DNA from: Nitrosopumilus sp.
Lineage (GTDB): Archaea; Thermoproteota; Nitrososphaeria; Nitrososphaerales; Nitrosopumilaceae
Direction: 5' to 3'
Length of the DNA stretch: 64,000 nucleotides
NCBI GenBank assembly: GCA_965205425.1
Contig: CBDBGZ010000009.1
Coordinates: 128,001 to 192,000 of the forward strand
Position 1 is the stretch's first letter, and the number at the start of each line of letters is the position of its first letter. A program made the position numbers and the translations under genes. The notes under the pieces are model-generated. The model did not search any database, was not told the origin of the DNA, and worked only from the letters and a program-made list of their open reading frames with translations. Positions 10,296 to 20,696 of the stretch are shown here, piece by piece.

Positions 10296-11318
10296 ATGGC
10301 TCTGACCTACAAAAAAGCAGGTGTAGATATTTCTAAAATTAAACAGAGTCAAAAAGCAATTGGGAAATTAATTTCATCAACTCACAGACTACAGAAAAAA
10401 GCCAAGATGACACATGGGTTTGGCCATTATGCAGGAATTGTAGAGATTCCAGGTGGAAAACTTTTGGCCACACATACTGATGGAGTTGGAACCAAAGTAA
10501 TAATTGCAAATATGATGAAAAAATACAACACAATAGGAATTGATTGTGTTGCAATGAATGTAAATGATATAATCTGTATTGGGGCAACACCAATTTCATT
10601 TGTAGATTACATTGCTGCAAACAAAAATGATGTACCAATATTTAAAAAAATTGTAGAGGGACTAGTAACAGGTGCAAAAAAATCTGCAATGCCAATTGTG
10701 GGTGGAGAAACTGCAATCATGCCAGATGTGATTGAAGGAAATGGATTTGCATTTGATTTAGCAGGAATGATAGTAGGATTATTAGAGAAAAAAGAAATGG
10801 TTCTTGGAAATAAAATCAAAACAGGAGATGTGATTATCGGAGTGAATAGTTCAGGAATTCATTCTAATGGATATTCACTTGCAAGGAAGGCATTACTAAC
10901 AAAATATTCAGTTAAAGACAAAGTCAAAGGAGTAGGAGTGATAGGGGATGCATTGCTAAAACCAACTGAAATTTACACAAAACCAGTTCTTGAGATTAAT
11001 CAAAAATGTAAAGTTAATGGATTTGCACACATTACAGGTGGGGCATTTACCAAACTATTACGCCTCAAAAACATAGGATATGATATTGATTCACTTCCAA
11101 AAATCCCACCAATTATGGGATTAGTAGAAGAACAAGGAGTAAAACCAGAAGAGATGTACAAGACATTCAATATGGGAGTGGGATTTTGTGTAGTTGCACC
11201 AAAAAACCAAGCAACTAGAATCAAATCAATATTCAAAAAACACAAAATTTCAAGTCAGGAAATTGGACAGATCGTTTCTAAAAAAGGTGTTTTTGTAAAT
11301 TCTACAAAAATTGCTTAA
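10296..11318 (+). CDS. purM: phosphoribosylaminoimidazole (AIR) synthetase
   Basis: YKKAGVD, TDGVGTK, VAMNVND, GGETA, HSNGYSL, HITGG, TFNMGVG. Confidence 0.96.
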   Translation: MALTYKKAGVDISKIKQSQKAIGKLISSTHRLQKKAKMTHGFGHYAGIVEIPGGKLLATHTDGVGTKVIIANMMKKYNTIGIDCVAMNVNDIICIGATPISFVDYIAANKNDVPIFKKIVEGLVTGAKKSAMPIVGGETAIMPDVIEGNGFAFDLAGMIVGLLEKKEMVLGNKIKTGDVIIGVNSSGIHSNGYSLARKALLTKYSVKDKVKGVGVIGDALLKPTEIYTKPVLEINQKCKVNGFAHITGGAFTKLLRLKNIGYDIDSLPKIPPIMGLVEEQGVKPEEMYKTFNMGVGFCVVAPKNQATRIKSIFKKHKISSQEIGQIVSKKGVFVNSTKIA

Positions 11319-11392
11319 TTTAACAACAACAAAATAATTTTTGATTCAGTATCACCTTATATGACAGATTTCTCAGCATTAATCAGGAAAAG

Positions 11393-12652
11393 ATGGCAGC
11401 AGAAGCACAATTCATTGAGACAATTATCGGAGTAGGAATTCTACTTTTTGCAGCCAAATTAATGGCAGAGCTTTTCCTCAGATTAAAACTTCCAATTGTG
11501 TTAGGAGAATTATTAGCAGGAATGATTGTAGGACCATTTGCACTAGGGGCATTCTTTGTAGTGGATGGAAAGCAATTACTCCAAATTAATGATGAAATCA
11601 AAATACTTGGGGAAATGGGCGCAATCGTAATTTTGTTTATGGCAGGACTTGAGATGACTCCAAAAGAATTTCTCAGAGGAGGGAAAGCATCGTTTACAGT
11701 TGGAACGTTAGGAGTAGTAGTTCCATTTTTTGCAGGATTAGTAGTATTTCAAATGTTTGGATTTGAAGCATTAGAATCAATGCTAATTGCAACAGCGCTT
11801 ACAGCAACAAGTATTGCAATTTCAATTCAAGTACTAAGTGAATTTGGGAAAATCAAAACTCCAGAAGCAAGACTCATCATTGGAGCAGCAGTAGTTGATG
11901 ATATTCTAGCAATTGCAGTATTGTCAGTAGTCATATCAATTACAGGTTCAGATGCAGGAATTGAAAGTATAGACATTACAGAAGTTACAATCACAATTTT
12001 GAAAGTGTTGGGATTCTTTGCAATAATGCTTATTGTAGCAGTTGTTGTAATTCCAAAAATAATCACACCAAGGTTATGGAAGGCAAAGGGAAGTGTAGAA
12101 GGAATAGCGACGGCATCTTTCTTTGGTGCGGCTGCACTAGCAGGTTCGATTGGACTATCACCGATAGTGGGAGCGTTTGCAGTAGGAATGGCATTATCAA
12201 CCACAAAAGTATTTGAGAAAATTGAAAATTATATTGGGAAAATAGGATTAATTTTTGCGCCGTTGTTCTTTGCAATTATCGGAGCACAAGTCGACTTGAG
12301 AGCAGTTAATTTTGAGATTTTGGTGATAAGTGCCGTAGTTATCATAGTTGCAGTTGTAACAAAATTAGGCGGTTGTGGATTACCAGCAATGTTCTTTTTG
12401 AAAAGCAAGGCACAAGGAATGAGAGTAGGAATAGGAATGATCTCCAGAGGGGAAGTTGGATTAATCGTAGCAGGGGTAGGGGTTACAGCTGGAGTTTTAA
12501 CATCAGAAGTCTACTCTACAATTGTAATCATGGTAGCAGTAACTACAATCATTACACCAATTTGGTTGAAAATGGAATACAGAAAAGAGCAGAAAAAAGG
12601 AAACGGTGATGATACAATATCTAGAAAAAGCATAGACAAAAAACCCGAATAA
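11393..12652 (+). CDS. cation:proton antiporter (CPA2)
   Basis: LGELLAG, LTATSIAI, AAVVDD, MISRGEV; about 12 TM helices. Confidence 0.9.
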   Translation: MAAEAQFIETIIGVGILLFAAKLMAELFLRLKLPIVLGELLAGMIVGPFALGAFFVVDGKQLLQINDEIKILGEMGAIVILFMAGLEMTPKEFLRGGKASFTVGTLGVVVPFFAGLVVFQMFGFEALESMLIATALTATSIAISIQVLSEFGKIKTPEARLIIGAAVVDDILAIAVLSVVISITGSDAGIESIDITEVTITILKVLGFFAIMLIVAVVVIPKIITPRLWKAKGSVEGIATASFFGAAALAGSIGLSPIVGAFAVGMALSTTKVFEKIENYIGKIGLIFAPLFFAIIGAQVDLRAVNFEILVISAVVIIVAVVTKLGGCGLPAMFFLKSKAQGMRVGIGMISRGEVGLIVAGVGVTAGVLTSEVYSTIVIMVAVTTIITPIWLKMEYRKEQKKGNGDDTISRKSIDKKPE

Positions 12653-12699
12653 ATCCTCAACAAGTCTTAAATTACATAGAAAATTCTTCATGTCAACTC

Positions 12700-13071
12700 A
12701 TGTCAGAGACAAATAACGATTCATTTAGAGTAGAAATGATTGCAGAGATTAAAAGAATACAATCAGAATTAAACGAACTAAAAGATATCAAAAAAATGGC
12801 GGTTAGAAAACCAGCTAGAAAGACTGCAGCAAAGAAAAAGGTAGTAAAGAGAAAGACTGCAGCAAAGAAAAAGGTAGTAAAGAGAAAGACTGCAGCAAAG
12901 AAAAAGGTAGTAAAGAGAAAGACTGCAGCAAAGAAAAAGGTAGTAAAGAGAAAGACTGCAGCAAAGAAAAAGGTAGTAAAGAGAAAGACTGCAGCAAAGA
13001 AAAAGGTAGTAAAGAGAAAACCAGCTAGAAAGACTGCCAAGCTCAAAAGAAAGACAACTAGGCGTAGATAG
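12700..13071 (+). CDS. Lys/Ala-rich histone H1-like basic repeat protein
   Basis: Six RKTAAKKKVVK units flanked by RKPARKTA. Confidence 0.75.
   Translation: MSETNNDSFRVEMIAEIKRIQSELNELKDIKKMAVRKPARKTAAKKKVVKRKTAAKKKVVKRKTAAKKKVVKRKTAAKKKVVKRKTAAKKKVVKRKTAAKKKVVKRKPARKTAKLKRKTTRRR
12817..13014 (+). repeat. 33-bp coding tandem repeat x6
   Basis: AGAAAGACTGCAGCAAAGAAAAAGGTAGTAAAG, six identical copies. Confidence 0.95.
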
Positions 13072-13127
13072 ACAGCAGATATCCTAAATTATTTAACGAA
13101 TTTATGTCCAAATTAGTATGATTATTC

Positions 13128-14714
13128 ATGAATAAGCTAGACCCTGTTGTATCCAAAGCATGTAATGAGATAACTCAGAATCTTCTAACAATTCAAGAGC
13201 CTAGCAAAAAACAGGTAAAAGAAGAAATCATAAAAATTTGTACAAAATATGCACTAGAAAGAATTCCAAGAAATTATGAAATTCTATCCATGGCAAAAGA
13301 AGCAGATTTTGATAAATTAAAAAAAGTATTGTTAAGAAAGCCTGCAAAAACAGCATCAGGGGTATCAGTAGTTGCATTAATGCCAAAACCATATGCGTGT
13401 CCACATGGACGGTGTACATATTGTCCAGGAGGTATTGAGTTTAATTCTCCTAACAGTTACACCGGAAAAGAACCATCATCACTAAACGCAATAGAAAATG
13501 AATTTGATCCTAAATTACAAATCACATCAAAGATTGAAAAATTAATTGCGTTTGGACATGATCCATCTAAAATGGAAATAGTAATTGTAGGAGGAACATT
13601 TTTGTTTATGCCAAAAGATTATCAAAAAGATTTCATAAAATCATGCTACGATGCTCTTAATGGAACAAATTCAAAAAATTTAGAAGAAGCAAAATCAAAT
13701 AACGAACATGCATCAATAAGGAATGTAGGATTTACAATTGAAACAAAACCAGATTATTGTAAACAAGAACATGTAGATTTAATGTTAAGTTATGGAATTA
13801 CAAGAATAGAGATTGGAGTTCAATCGTTACAAGAACGAGTTTACAAAATAGTCAATAGAGGTCACAATTATAATGATGTCGTAGAATCATTTCAGATTTC
13901 AAAGGATGCAGGATATAAAATTGTGGCACATATGATGCCAGGATTACCAACGATGACACCAGAAGGAGACATTGCAGATTTTAAAAAATTATTTTCAGAC
14001 CCACAGTTACGTCCAGACATGTTGAAAATTTATCCCTCACTAGTAATTGAGAATACTCCACTGTATGAAGAACACAAACAAGGAAAATACACACCATATT
14101 CAGATGAGGATATGATCAAAGTACTAACCGAGGCTAAAAAAAATGTTCCAAAATGGGTTAGAATTATGAGAGTTCAAAGGGAAATTTCTCCAAAGGAGAT
14201 CATTGCAGGCCCAAAATCAGGTAATTTGAGACAAATCGTGCATCAAAATCTGGCAAAACAAGGTCTTTCATGCAAATGTATCAGGTGTAGGGAAGCAGGA
14301 CTATCAAATAAGAAAACAGATGGAGGAGATGTAAAATTAAACCGAATTAACTATGACTCATCAGGAGGAAAAGAAGTATTCTTGTCTTATGAAGACAAAA
14401 ATGAATCAATCTATGGATTTTTGAGATTAAGAAAACCAAGTGCGGATGCACATAGGGATGAAATTAATCAAGACGCATGTATCGTAAGAGAGATTCACGT
14501 GTATGGAAAATCCTTAAAGTTGGGAGAAAAAGGAGAAGGCGAAATTCAACATTCAGGATTAGGAAAAAATTTGATGAAAGAAGCTGAAAAAATATCTAAA
14601 GAAGAATTTGATGCAAAGAAAATTCTAGTAATTAGTGCCGTAGGTACACGAGAATATTATCAAAAATTAGGGTATTCGTTATATGGGCCATACATGTTCA
14701 AATCATTGAACTAG
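13128..14714 (+). CDS. elp3: Elp3 tRNA uridine(34) acetyltransferase (radical SAM + GNAT)
   Basis: CPHGRCTYCPGG, HMMPGLP, LKIYP, RCRE, REIHVYG, QHSGLG, VISAVGTREYY. Confidence 0.95.
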   Translation: MNKLDPVVSKACNEITQNLLTIQEPSKKQVKEEIIKICTKYALERIPRNYEILSMAKEADFDKLKKVLLRKPAKTASGVSVVALMPKPYACPHGRCTYCPGGIEFNSPNSYTGKEPSSLNAIENEFDPKLQITSKIEKLIAFGHDPSKMEIVIVGGTFLFMPKDYQKDFIKSCYDALNGTNSKNLEEAKSNNEHASIRNVGFTIETKPDYCKQEHVDLMLSYGITRIEIGVQSLQERVYKIVNRGHNYNDVVESFQISKDAGYKIVAHMMPGLPTMTPEGDIADFKKLFSDPQLRPDMLKIYPSLVIENTPLYEEHKQGKYTPYSDEDMIKVLTEAKKNVPKWVRIMRVQREISPKEIIAGPKSGNLRQIVHQNLAKQGLSCKCIRCREAGLSNKKTDGGDVKLNRINYDSSGGKEVFLSYEDKNESIYGFLRLRKPSADAHRDEINQDACIVREIHVYGKSLKLGEKGEGEIQHSGLGKNLMKEAEKISKEEFDAKKILVISAVGTREYYQKLGYSLYGPYMFKSLN

Positions 14715-14723
14715 TGATAAGAA

Positions 14724-16313
14724 ATGGTAGAGCAAGAAATAATTGGCAAAGGAACTTGGATTGACAAATTAGCTTCAGAATTACTTGAACGTGAAAAAGC
14801 ACTTGGAAGAAACACAGATCTTCTTAGAGTAGAAAGTGGTCTTGGCGCATCTGGCATTCCACATATTGGAAGTTTAGGAGATGCTGTCAGAGCATATGGT
14901 GTAAAATTAGCATTAGAAAATTTGGGATACAAATCAGAATTAATTGCATATTCAGATGATCTTGATGGTTTGAGAAAGATTCCAGAGGGAATGCAAGAAT
15001 TTGGATTAGAAGAACATATTGCAAAACCAGTATCGCTTATTCCAGATCCTTATGGATGTCACGATTCTTACGGAATGCATATGAGCAGTATTCTATTAGA
15101 AGGATTAGAGAAGGTTGGAATAAAATATGAATTTAGGAGAGCAGTTGACACTTACAAACAAGGATTACTAAAAGATCAAATCCACATAATATTACAAAAC
15201 AGTACAAAGATTGGAGATAAAATTTCAGAACTAGTAGGACAAGAGAAATATCAAAAATATTTGCCATATTTCCCAGTTTGTGCAAATTGTAATCGCCTCT
15301 ATACAGCAGAAGCTACAGAGTACATTGCAGACGAAAAGAAAGTGAAATATACTTGCCACGATACAGAAATTGGCTCAAAGATGGTCAAAGGATGTGGGCA
15401 TGTAGGAGAGGCAGATATTGGAAAAGACCTAGGAAAACTAGCCTGGAAAGTAGAATTTGCAGCAAGATGGACTGCATTTGACATTAGATTTGAGGCATAT
15501 GGTAAAGACATCATGGATTCTGTAAAAGTAAATGACTGGGTAGCAGATGAAATTTTAGAATTCCCACATCCACACCATGTAAAATATGAAATGTTTCTAG
15601 ACAAAGGTGGAAAAAAGATTTCAAAATCATTAGGAAATGTCATCACTGCACAAAAATGGTTAGAATTTGGCAGTCCAAAATCAATTCTATTATTATTATA
15701 CAAAAGAATCACAGGTGCAAGAGAATTAGGATTTGATGACATTCCATCATTAATGGCAGAGTATAATGAGCTTGAAGATATTTACTTTGGACGAATCAAA
15801 GTGGATAATCAAGCAAAACTGATAAAATCAAAAGGCTTGTATGAATATGTAAATCTTCTAAATCCACCTAAACAATCAAGCACACATGTAAACTATAGAC
15901 TTGCAATTGAATTAGCTAAAATTTTCAAAGAAAACAGAGCAGAACGAGTAATGAAGAAACTATTAGATTATGGTGTAATTAAAAATCCAGAACCAGCGAT
16001 AGAAAAACTCATTGAACTAGCAGGAAACTATTCAGATGAATTTGATGAACAAGAAAAAATACAAGTTGATTTGGATGAAACTGCAAAAAAGGCATTAAAA
16101 CTACTAGTTGATGAATTAGGTGGAGATAAAGAACTGGAAGATATTCAAAATACAATATATCAAATTGCAAAAGCCAACAATGTACAACCAAAAGATTTCT
16201 TTAAAATATTATATCAAATAATTCTTGGAACTTCAAGAGGTCCAAAAATAGGTCCATTCATTTCAGATATTGGAAGAAAACAAGTAGCAAAAACACTTTC
16301 AGAGTATACATAA
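14724..16313 (+). CDS. lysS: lysine--tRNA ligase, class I
   Basis: SGIPHIGS (HIGH), GKLAWKVEF, KISKSLGN (KMSKS), RGPKIG. Confidence 0.95.
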   Translation: MVEQEIIGKGTWIDKLASELLEREKALGRNTDLLRVESGLGASGIPHIGSLGDAVRAYGVKLALENLGYKSELIAYSDDLDGLRKIPEGMQEFGLEEHIAKPVSLIPDPYGCHDSYGMHMSSILLEGLEKVGIKYEFRRAVDTYKQGLLKDQIHIILQNSTKIGDKISELVGQEKYQKYLPYFPVCANCNRLYTAEATEYIADEKKVKYTCHDTEIGSKMVKGCGHVGEADIGKDLGKLAWKVEFAARWTAFDIRFEAYGKDIMDSVKVNDWVADEILEFPHPHHVKYEMFLDKGGKKISKSLGNVITAQKWLEFGSPKSILLLLYKRITGARELGFDDIPSLMAEYNELEDIYFGRIKVDNQAKLIKSKGLYEYVNLLNPPKQSSTHVNYRLAIELAKIFKENRAERVMKKLLDYGVIKNPEPAIEKLIELAGNYSDEFDEQEKIQVDLDETAKKALKLLVDELGGDKELEDIQNTIYQIAKANNVQPKDFFKILYQIILGTSRGPKIGPFISDIGRKQVAKTLSEYT

Positions 16314-16315
16314 TC

Positions 16316-16516
16316 ATGGTTCACGGAGAACATAACAGATCAAAAAATAGCGGAGGTTTTGCATTAATCATACTGGGAGCATTACTGCTATTTCTTGCCC
16401 CACAAGAGGCTGTAACCGAGACGGGATTAGGTCCAATTGGATGGATTGCAGGAATCGTCATAGGAGGGATAGGATTTTATCTGAAATTCTTTAGATGGCG
16501 AGTCAAAAAAGGATAA
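16316..16516 (+). CDS. small two-TM membrane protein
   Basis: Two hydrophobic helices; operon spacing after lysS. Confidence 0.65.
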   Translation: MVHGEHNRSKNSGGFALIILGALLLFLAPQEAVTETGLGPIGWIAGIVIGGIGFYLKFFRWRVKKG

Positions 16517-16552
16517 GAAAGGTTCATCTTTTGGAGAAAATCTGGTAGAGAC

Positions 16553-17323
16553 ATGGGGTTTTTTGGGAAAAAGAAAGTAATAGAAGAAACGCCAGATGCT
16601 AATGAAGAAGTTATTCTAAAAGAAGATCTCGAATCAGAAGTTGAAAAACTGCAAAAAGAATTTAGAGAAAAACAAGAGCAATTAGATGACATTTCAGAAA
16701 AAATCACTACTGTGAAAGAAGAATATGATTCAACTGTGAGCAGCCTTATGCTGGTAAAAAAAGAGTTGAATCAAAAAAAGATGGAATTAGATATTATCAA
16801 ACGAGAATACAGAGAAACTAGGGAGAAGAATAAAAAAGCAGAATTAATCAAAGGTTCAGAATCAATTGACAAATTTAAGAAAACAGAAGGGGCTCATTCA
16901 AAAATAAAAGAAGAAGTAGATGAATTTACAAAAAAACGTAAAGAAATCAAAGAGCAAGTAGAACAAGAACAAGCTGCATTGCACAATATCAAAAAACAAC
17001 AAGTGGAAGTTGAAAAAGAATTAGAGGAAGCCAATTCAAGATTATACAATGCAAAAGAAGAATTGGATAAAAAAGACACTTTTGAAGATACAAGTATTCT
17101 AACTCCGTCTGAAAAAGAATTCATTGGAGCAGATGGTAAAGATCAAAAAAGTTCTGCAGGTATTATTGAGGCTGCAAGTGCAGTAGTAGGCTCATTAAAA
17201 TCAAAACTCAATACAACACAAAAAGAATTAGATGCAATACAAACACTTCTAGAAAAAGAAAGAGAAGAGCATGAAAATACTAGAAAAAAATTAGAAAAAT
17301 TAAAACAATCTACAAAATCATAA
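16553..17323 (+). CDS. coiled-coil hypothetical protein
   Basis: E/K-rich heptads, MGFFGKKK N-terminus. Confidence 0.75.
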   Translation: MGFFGKKKVIEETPDANEEVILKEDLESEVEKLQKEFREKQEQLDDISEKITTVKEEYDSTVSSLMLVKKELNQKKMELDIIKREYRETREKNKKAELIKGSESIDKFKKTEGAHSKIKEEVDEFTKKRKEIKEQVEQEQAALHNIKKQQVEVEKELEEANSRLYNAKEELDKKDTFEDTSILTPSEKEFIGADGKDQKSSAGIIEAASAVVGSLKSKLNTTQKELDAIQTLLEKEREEHENTRKKLEKLKQSTKS

Positions 17324-17758
17324 ATTTGTAAAATGTTTTTGCCATTTTGATTTTATTTCTTCTTCTGAAACACCAAGATCATACAGTGGAGAAATGACAT
17401 CAGACACATTAGAAACATCAACTAATACAATTGAGTGGATTGGACTCTTAATTCCATTTTCTCTATAATGATTCAATATTTCTTGATATAGAAATCCATC
17501 TTCAAGTACAGTGGCTTTACCTTGAAACAAATATCCCTTACGAAGAAGAGGATCAATTACATTAATTTCTACATCAGGATTATCTTTTAGATTCTTCATA
17601 GTATCAGGAGAGCGAATATCTGCAAATGCTAATGTGTTACCAGTCCAGCCAATGATAGTTCCTTTTGGAGAAATATTTGGTTTGCCATCAGATGTTACAG
17701 TAGCAACATATCCAAGTTTTTGTAAATTCAAAAAATCTTTAATTTCTTCAGTAATCAT
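17318..17758 (-). CDS. pyridoxamine 5'-phosphate oxidase-like FMN-binding protein
   Basis: VATVTSDGKPNISPKG, TMKNLKDNP. Confidence 0.85.
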   Translation of the reverse strand: MITEEIKDFLNLQKLGYVATVTSDGKPNISPKGTIIGWTGNTLAFADIRSPDTMKNLKDNPDVEINVIDPLLRKGYLFQGKATVLEDGFLYQEILNHYRENGIKSPIHSIVLVDVSNVSDVISPLYDLGVSEEEIKSKWQKHFTNL

Positions 17759-17797
17759 AAAAATTATTTTAAAATAGAATGTATTTAGTTTTCACAA

Positions 17798-17896
17798 TTA
17801 TCGCATAAATTCTGCCATCTCAATTGAGAAGAAGAAAAATGCAATTCCGCCACCAATTATTCCAACCCAGGCAGCAATTTGTTTAATTTTAGACAT
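17798..17896 (-). CDS. small single-TM protein (32 aa)
   Basis: Manual translation MSKIKQIAAWVGIIGGGIAFFFFSIEMAEFMR. Confidence 0.45.
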   Translation of the reverse strand: MSKIKQIAAWVGIIGGGIAFFFFSIEMAEFMR

Positions 17897-17979
17897 TTAA
17901 AAAGAAACTTTCAAACTCATTATTGAATCTAATTGCTTACCTCAGACAATTATAATTAGACTGAGAGAGTAAAAACAGC

Positions 17980-18129
17980 ATGTCAAGCATTAAAGATATT
18001 GGAAAATTATTCTTATTCCTAGTTACAGGGTTAGTAGCCATAATTGTAGGATCATTTATGGTTAGAGGTACAATGCACATGTGGGACAAACCAGGCGAAA
18101 ATAAAAAAGACCGAAAGAAAAAGGACTAA
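17980..18129 (+). CDS. small single-TM protein (49 aa)
   Basis: Manual translation MSSIKDIGKLFLFLVTGLVAIIVGSFMVRG...; TATA-like TTATAATT upstream. Confidence 0.5.
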   Translation: MSSIKDIGKLFLFLVTGLVAIIVGSFMVRGTMHMWDKPGENKKDRKKKD

Positions 18130-18158
18130 AATGCAAGTTCTTTTAATTTGTATTTGAG

Positions 18159-18458
18159 TTGTTACAAGATTCAACAATTAGAAAATCATTAGATCAATAT
18201 ATTCAAAGAAGAATTTTAGAAATTCCTACCGAAATCAAACAAACATTTCCAGGAATCAAACAAATTTGGAAATGTGAAAATGAAAGTGATTTTCTATACG
18301 GATACTATGTAGGAAAAATTGAGGAAGGAGCTTTGCATTATTTACTTAAAGCAACTCGAGCATCAGCAGGCGGGTATGTAGACACTTTTGAGATAAGAGG
18401 CATAATTGAAACTCAGAAAAAAGATTTGCAAGAAGCAATAAAATCAGCAATCAATTAG
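18159..18458 (+). CDS. hypothetical protein
   Basis: 99-aa ORF, DFLYGYYVGKIE; host-like codon use. Confidence 0.7.
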   Translation: MLQDSTIRKSLDQYIQRRILEIPTEIKQTFPGIKQIWKCENESDFLYGYYVGKIEEGALHYLLKATRASAGGYVDTFEIRGIIETQKKDLQEAIKSAIN

Positions 18459-18493
18459 TGAAGTAAAAATAGAGCCTCAGTTTAGAGAAATAC

Positions 18494-18667
18494 ATGGTAG
18501 GTCCACAAGACGGAGGATTTGGATTTGATCAATCAAAAAAATACACAAAAGTAGAGAATATTGAAGAAATTTGTGTTCAATGCCAAGCAGGTCAACACAA
18601 AAAATGTCTAAAGAAATCCAAAGAACAAGAAGTTTGTGAATGCGAACATTGTATGATTTACGGTTAA
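18494..18667 (+). CDS. small Cys-rich protein (57 aa)
   Basis: Manual translation, CVQC..HKKC..CECEHC. Confidence 0.55.
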   Translation: MVGPQDGGFGFDQSKKYTKVENIEEICVQCQAGQHKKCLKKSKEQEVCECEHCMIYG

Positions 18668-18714
18668 AGAAATAAGATAATTCTAATCAATAACACAATG
18701 TATAGAAAATGAAA

Positions 18715-19047
18715 TTAAATTCCAGATAGTTTATTTTCTAATTCTTGAATTTCTTTTTGATAAGATTCAGATACATTATGTGCAAATTCTTTGTGAGCAG
18801 AAATAATACTTGTTAATGCATCCTTGTAGTTAGGATGTCCTTTTTTGAGTACATCACAGGATTCAAGGGATGTAATATGCCCAGTAACGGTTGCAATTGC
18901 ATTTTTTTGATTAAATTGTACAATACCACCAAAGGCCTCAATGAGCATGTATGCAGATTCTGCTTTACATTTGTAAGTAACTCGTCCAGTCTCAGTGTTG
19001 AATAGTTGTGTAATGCCACCAGGCTTTCTAGTTACTGTAACTGTCAT
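18715..19047 (-). CDS. hypothetical protein
   Basis: 110-aa ORF downstream of ferritin. Confidence 0.6.
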   Translation of the reverse strand: MTVTVTRKPGGITQLFNTETGRVTYKCKAESAYMLIEAFGGIVQFNQKNAIATVTGHITSLESCDVLKKGHPNYKDALTSIISAHKEFAHNVSESYQKEIQELENKLSGI

Positions 19048-19089
19048 AGAAGGATTGGAAATGATGGAGTATTAATTATTTTAGAAACT

Positions 19090-19602
19090 CTATACTGCAG
19101 GTTCAGGTGTTGCGGCATCGGCTGCAAGAATTTTATCTATTTCATTTATTGCAAGTTTATCTCGTCCAATAAGATCAAACTTTTGTAATAAAGTTTCAAA
19201 CTTTGTTTCTTCTTGGACTTGTTCGTTTACAAACCATTCTAGAAACGCATACGTTGAATGATCTTTTTCCTTTTGAGTAATTTCGACCATTTTGTGAATT
19301 GCTTTTGTAACAGTTTGTTCATTTTTCAATGCAGTTTTGATTAATCCTTCAAGTGATTTGTAAGAACTAGCAGGGGCTTTGATTGCAGGAATGCTTGCTA
19401 TTGCACCCATATCATTAAGATAATGTACAATTTTTAGCATGTGAGTCCTTTCTTCATCAGATTGTACGTAGAAGTAATTTGCAGCCCCTTGATATCCAGT
19501 AACTTCACACCAAGATGCCATTGCCAAGTAACTATTTGATGCAGATGCTTCTAAAGTAACTTGATCATTTAATGCTTTTTTCATTTTAGTGGAAATTTTC
19601 AT
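19090..19602 (-). CDS. ferritin
   Basis: ALNDQVTLE..YLAMA, QSDEERTH, FLEWFVNEQVQEE ferroxidase residues. Confidence 0.93.
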   Translation of the reverse strand: MKISTKMKKALNDQVTLEASASNSYLAMASWCEVTGYQGAANYFYVQSDEERTHMLKIVHYLNDMGAIASIPAIKAPASSYKSLEGLIKTALKNEQTVTKAIHKMVEITQKEKDHSTYAFLEWFVNEQVQEETKFETLLQKFDLIGRDKLAINEIDKILAADAATPEPAV

Positions 19603-19654
19603 AAAAAGAATTTGGATTCATTAAATTTAAAGGATTAGGAAGAGAATTTGATTT

Positions 19655-20696
19655 TGTTCTTTCCAGAAATTATTTCGTGTCACTTTCATGAGTAATTCCT
19701 CCATAGAATGCTTGGGTCTATGAGTATTTCGTTTGTTATCATCTTGGAGTGATACGCATCAGATGGTGTCTCCATGTTATCCAAGTCTAGTGCGCCATGA
19801 ACTCTAATGTGATTGTACCAATGCATAAACTGCTCCACTGACTCAAAGTATTCTATTTTACACTCAAAGATATCCCAGAACTTTTCTAGCTTACCATTTG
19901 TTTGTGGATGTCTCACTCTTGTACGAGAGTGCTTTACGTGATGTCTCATTAGTTGCTGCTCAAAGTCTACTGGCTTGTTATGATCAAGAGTATTGACATT
20001 TGATGTGAACTGTTTTCCATTATCAGATAGTACAGATGCTGGTCTACCGTGATTCTTTATTGCATCAGATAGTACTGCAGAAGAATTCACAGATGTTGCC
20101 TCATCATACCCTCCGAAACCCGTGATAAATCGTGAGGCATCATCTTCAAATGCAATTAGTTGTTTTCCTGCCCAGCGTGAATCATGTATTGTGTGCCAGT
20201 CAGTATGCCACAGTGAATTTGAATATTCACGTTCATACCTGATCCACTTTCTTCTCATCTTTTTCCGTGGTTGCTCAACTGATAATCCTTCATCTAGCAT
20301 AATCTTGTGGATGCGATTGTGGTTTATCTTGGTATTGTACAATTTTGATATGATTTTCTCAAGGTATAGTGCGTTTGTATGAAATTTTTCTTGAACTTGT
20401 TTGACTAGCTCTATCTCGTGTACAGTGACTGGCTTTTTTGGACGCCCTGGTCTTTTGAGTGTGGGAATCTTTTTGGTTTTTTTGTACTGAGAGTAGACTT
20501 GTTGTACTCTTCTAGGCGTTATCTTGAGGATTACTGAAATATCTAAATTCTTGACTTTTTCATTTTTAGATTGTATAATCCACCTGATCTTATTCTCATC
20601 TAACTTTACCATAGGTATGCCACGATACCCACGCATACGATAGTATGGGAATGATGCTCTCCTAGTTAAGGGGTGAAATAATTTCCGGAAAAGATA
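19655..20696 (-). mobile_element. IS481-family element A, copy 2
   Basis: Near-identical to copy 1; repeat GAAGAGAATTTGATT at 19639-19653 and 20697-20711. Confidence 0.92.
19686..20636 (-). CDS. IS481-family transposase
   Basis: Same protein as copy 1 with a V-to-G change (GFGGYDE). Confidence 0.92.
   Translation of the reverse strand: MRGYRGIPMVKLDENKIRWIIQSKNEKVKNLDISVILKITPRRVQQVYSQYKKTKKIPTLKRPGRPKKPVTVHEIELVKQVQEKFHTNALYLEKIISKLYNTKINHNRIHKIMLDEGLSVEQPRKKMRRKWIRYEREYSNSLWHTDWHTIHDSRWAGKQLIAFEDDASRFITGFGGYDEATSVNSSAVLSDAIKNHGRPASVLSDNGKQFTSNVNTLDHNKPVDFEQQLMRHHVKHSRTRVRHPQTNGKLEKFWDIFECKIEYFESVEQFMHWYNHIRVHGALDLDNMETPSDAYHSKMITNEILIDPSILWRNYS

Noticed and set aside
12817..13014. 33-bp repeats as a CRISPR array
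   Set aside because: Head-to-tail with no spacers, in frame within a CDS, no cas genes nearby
12693..13046. Minus-strand hydrophobic repeat ORFs (FTTFFFAAVFL; LLPFSLLQSFS)
   Set aside because: Antisense shadows of the Lys-rich repeat gene
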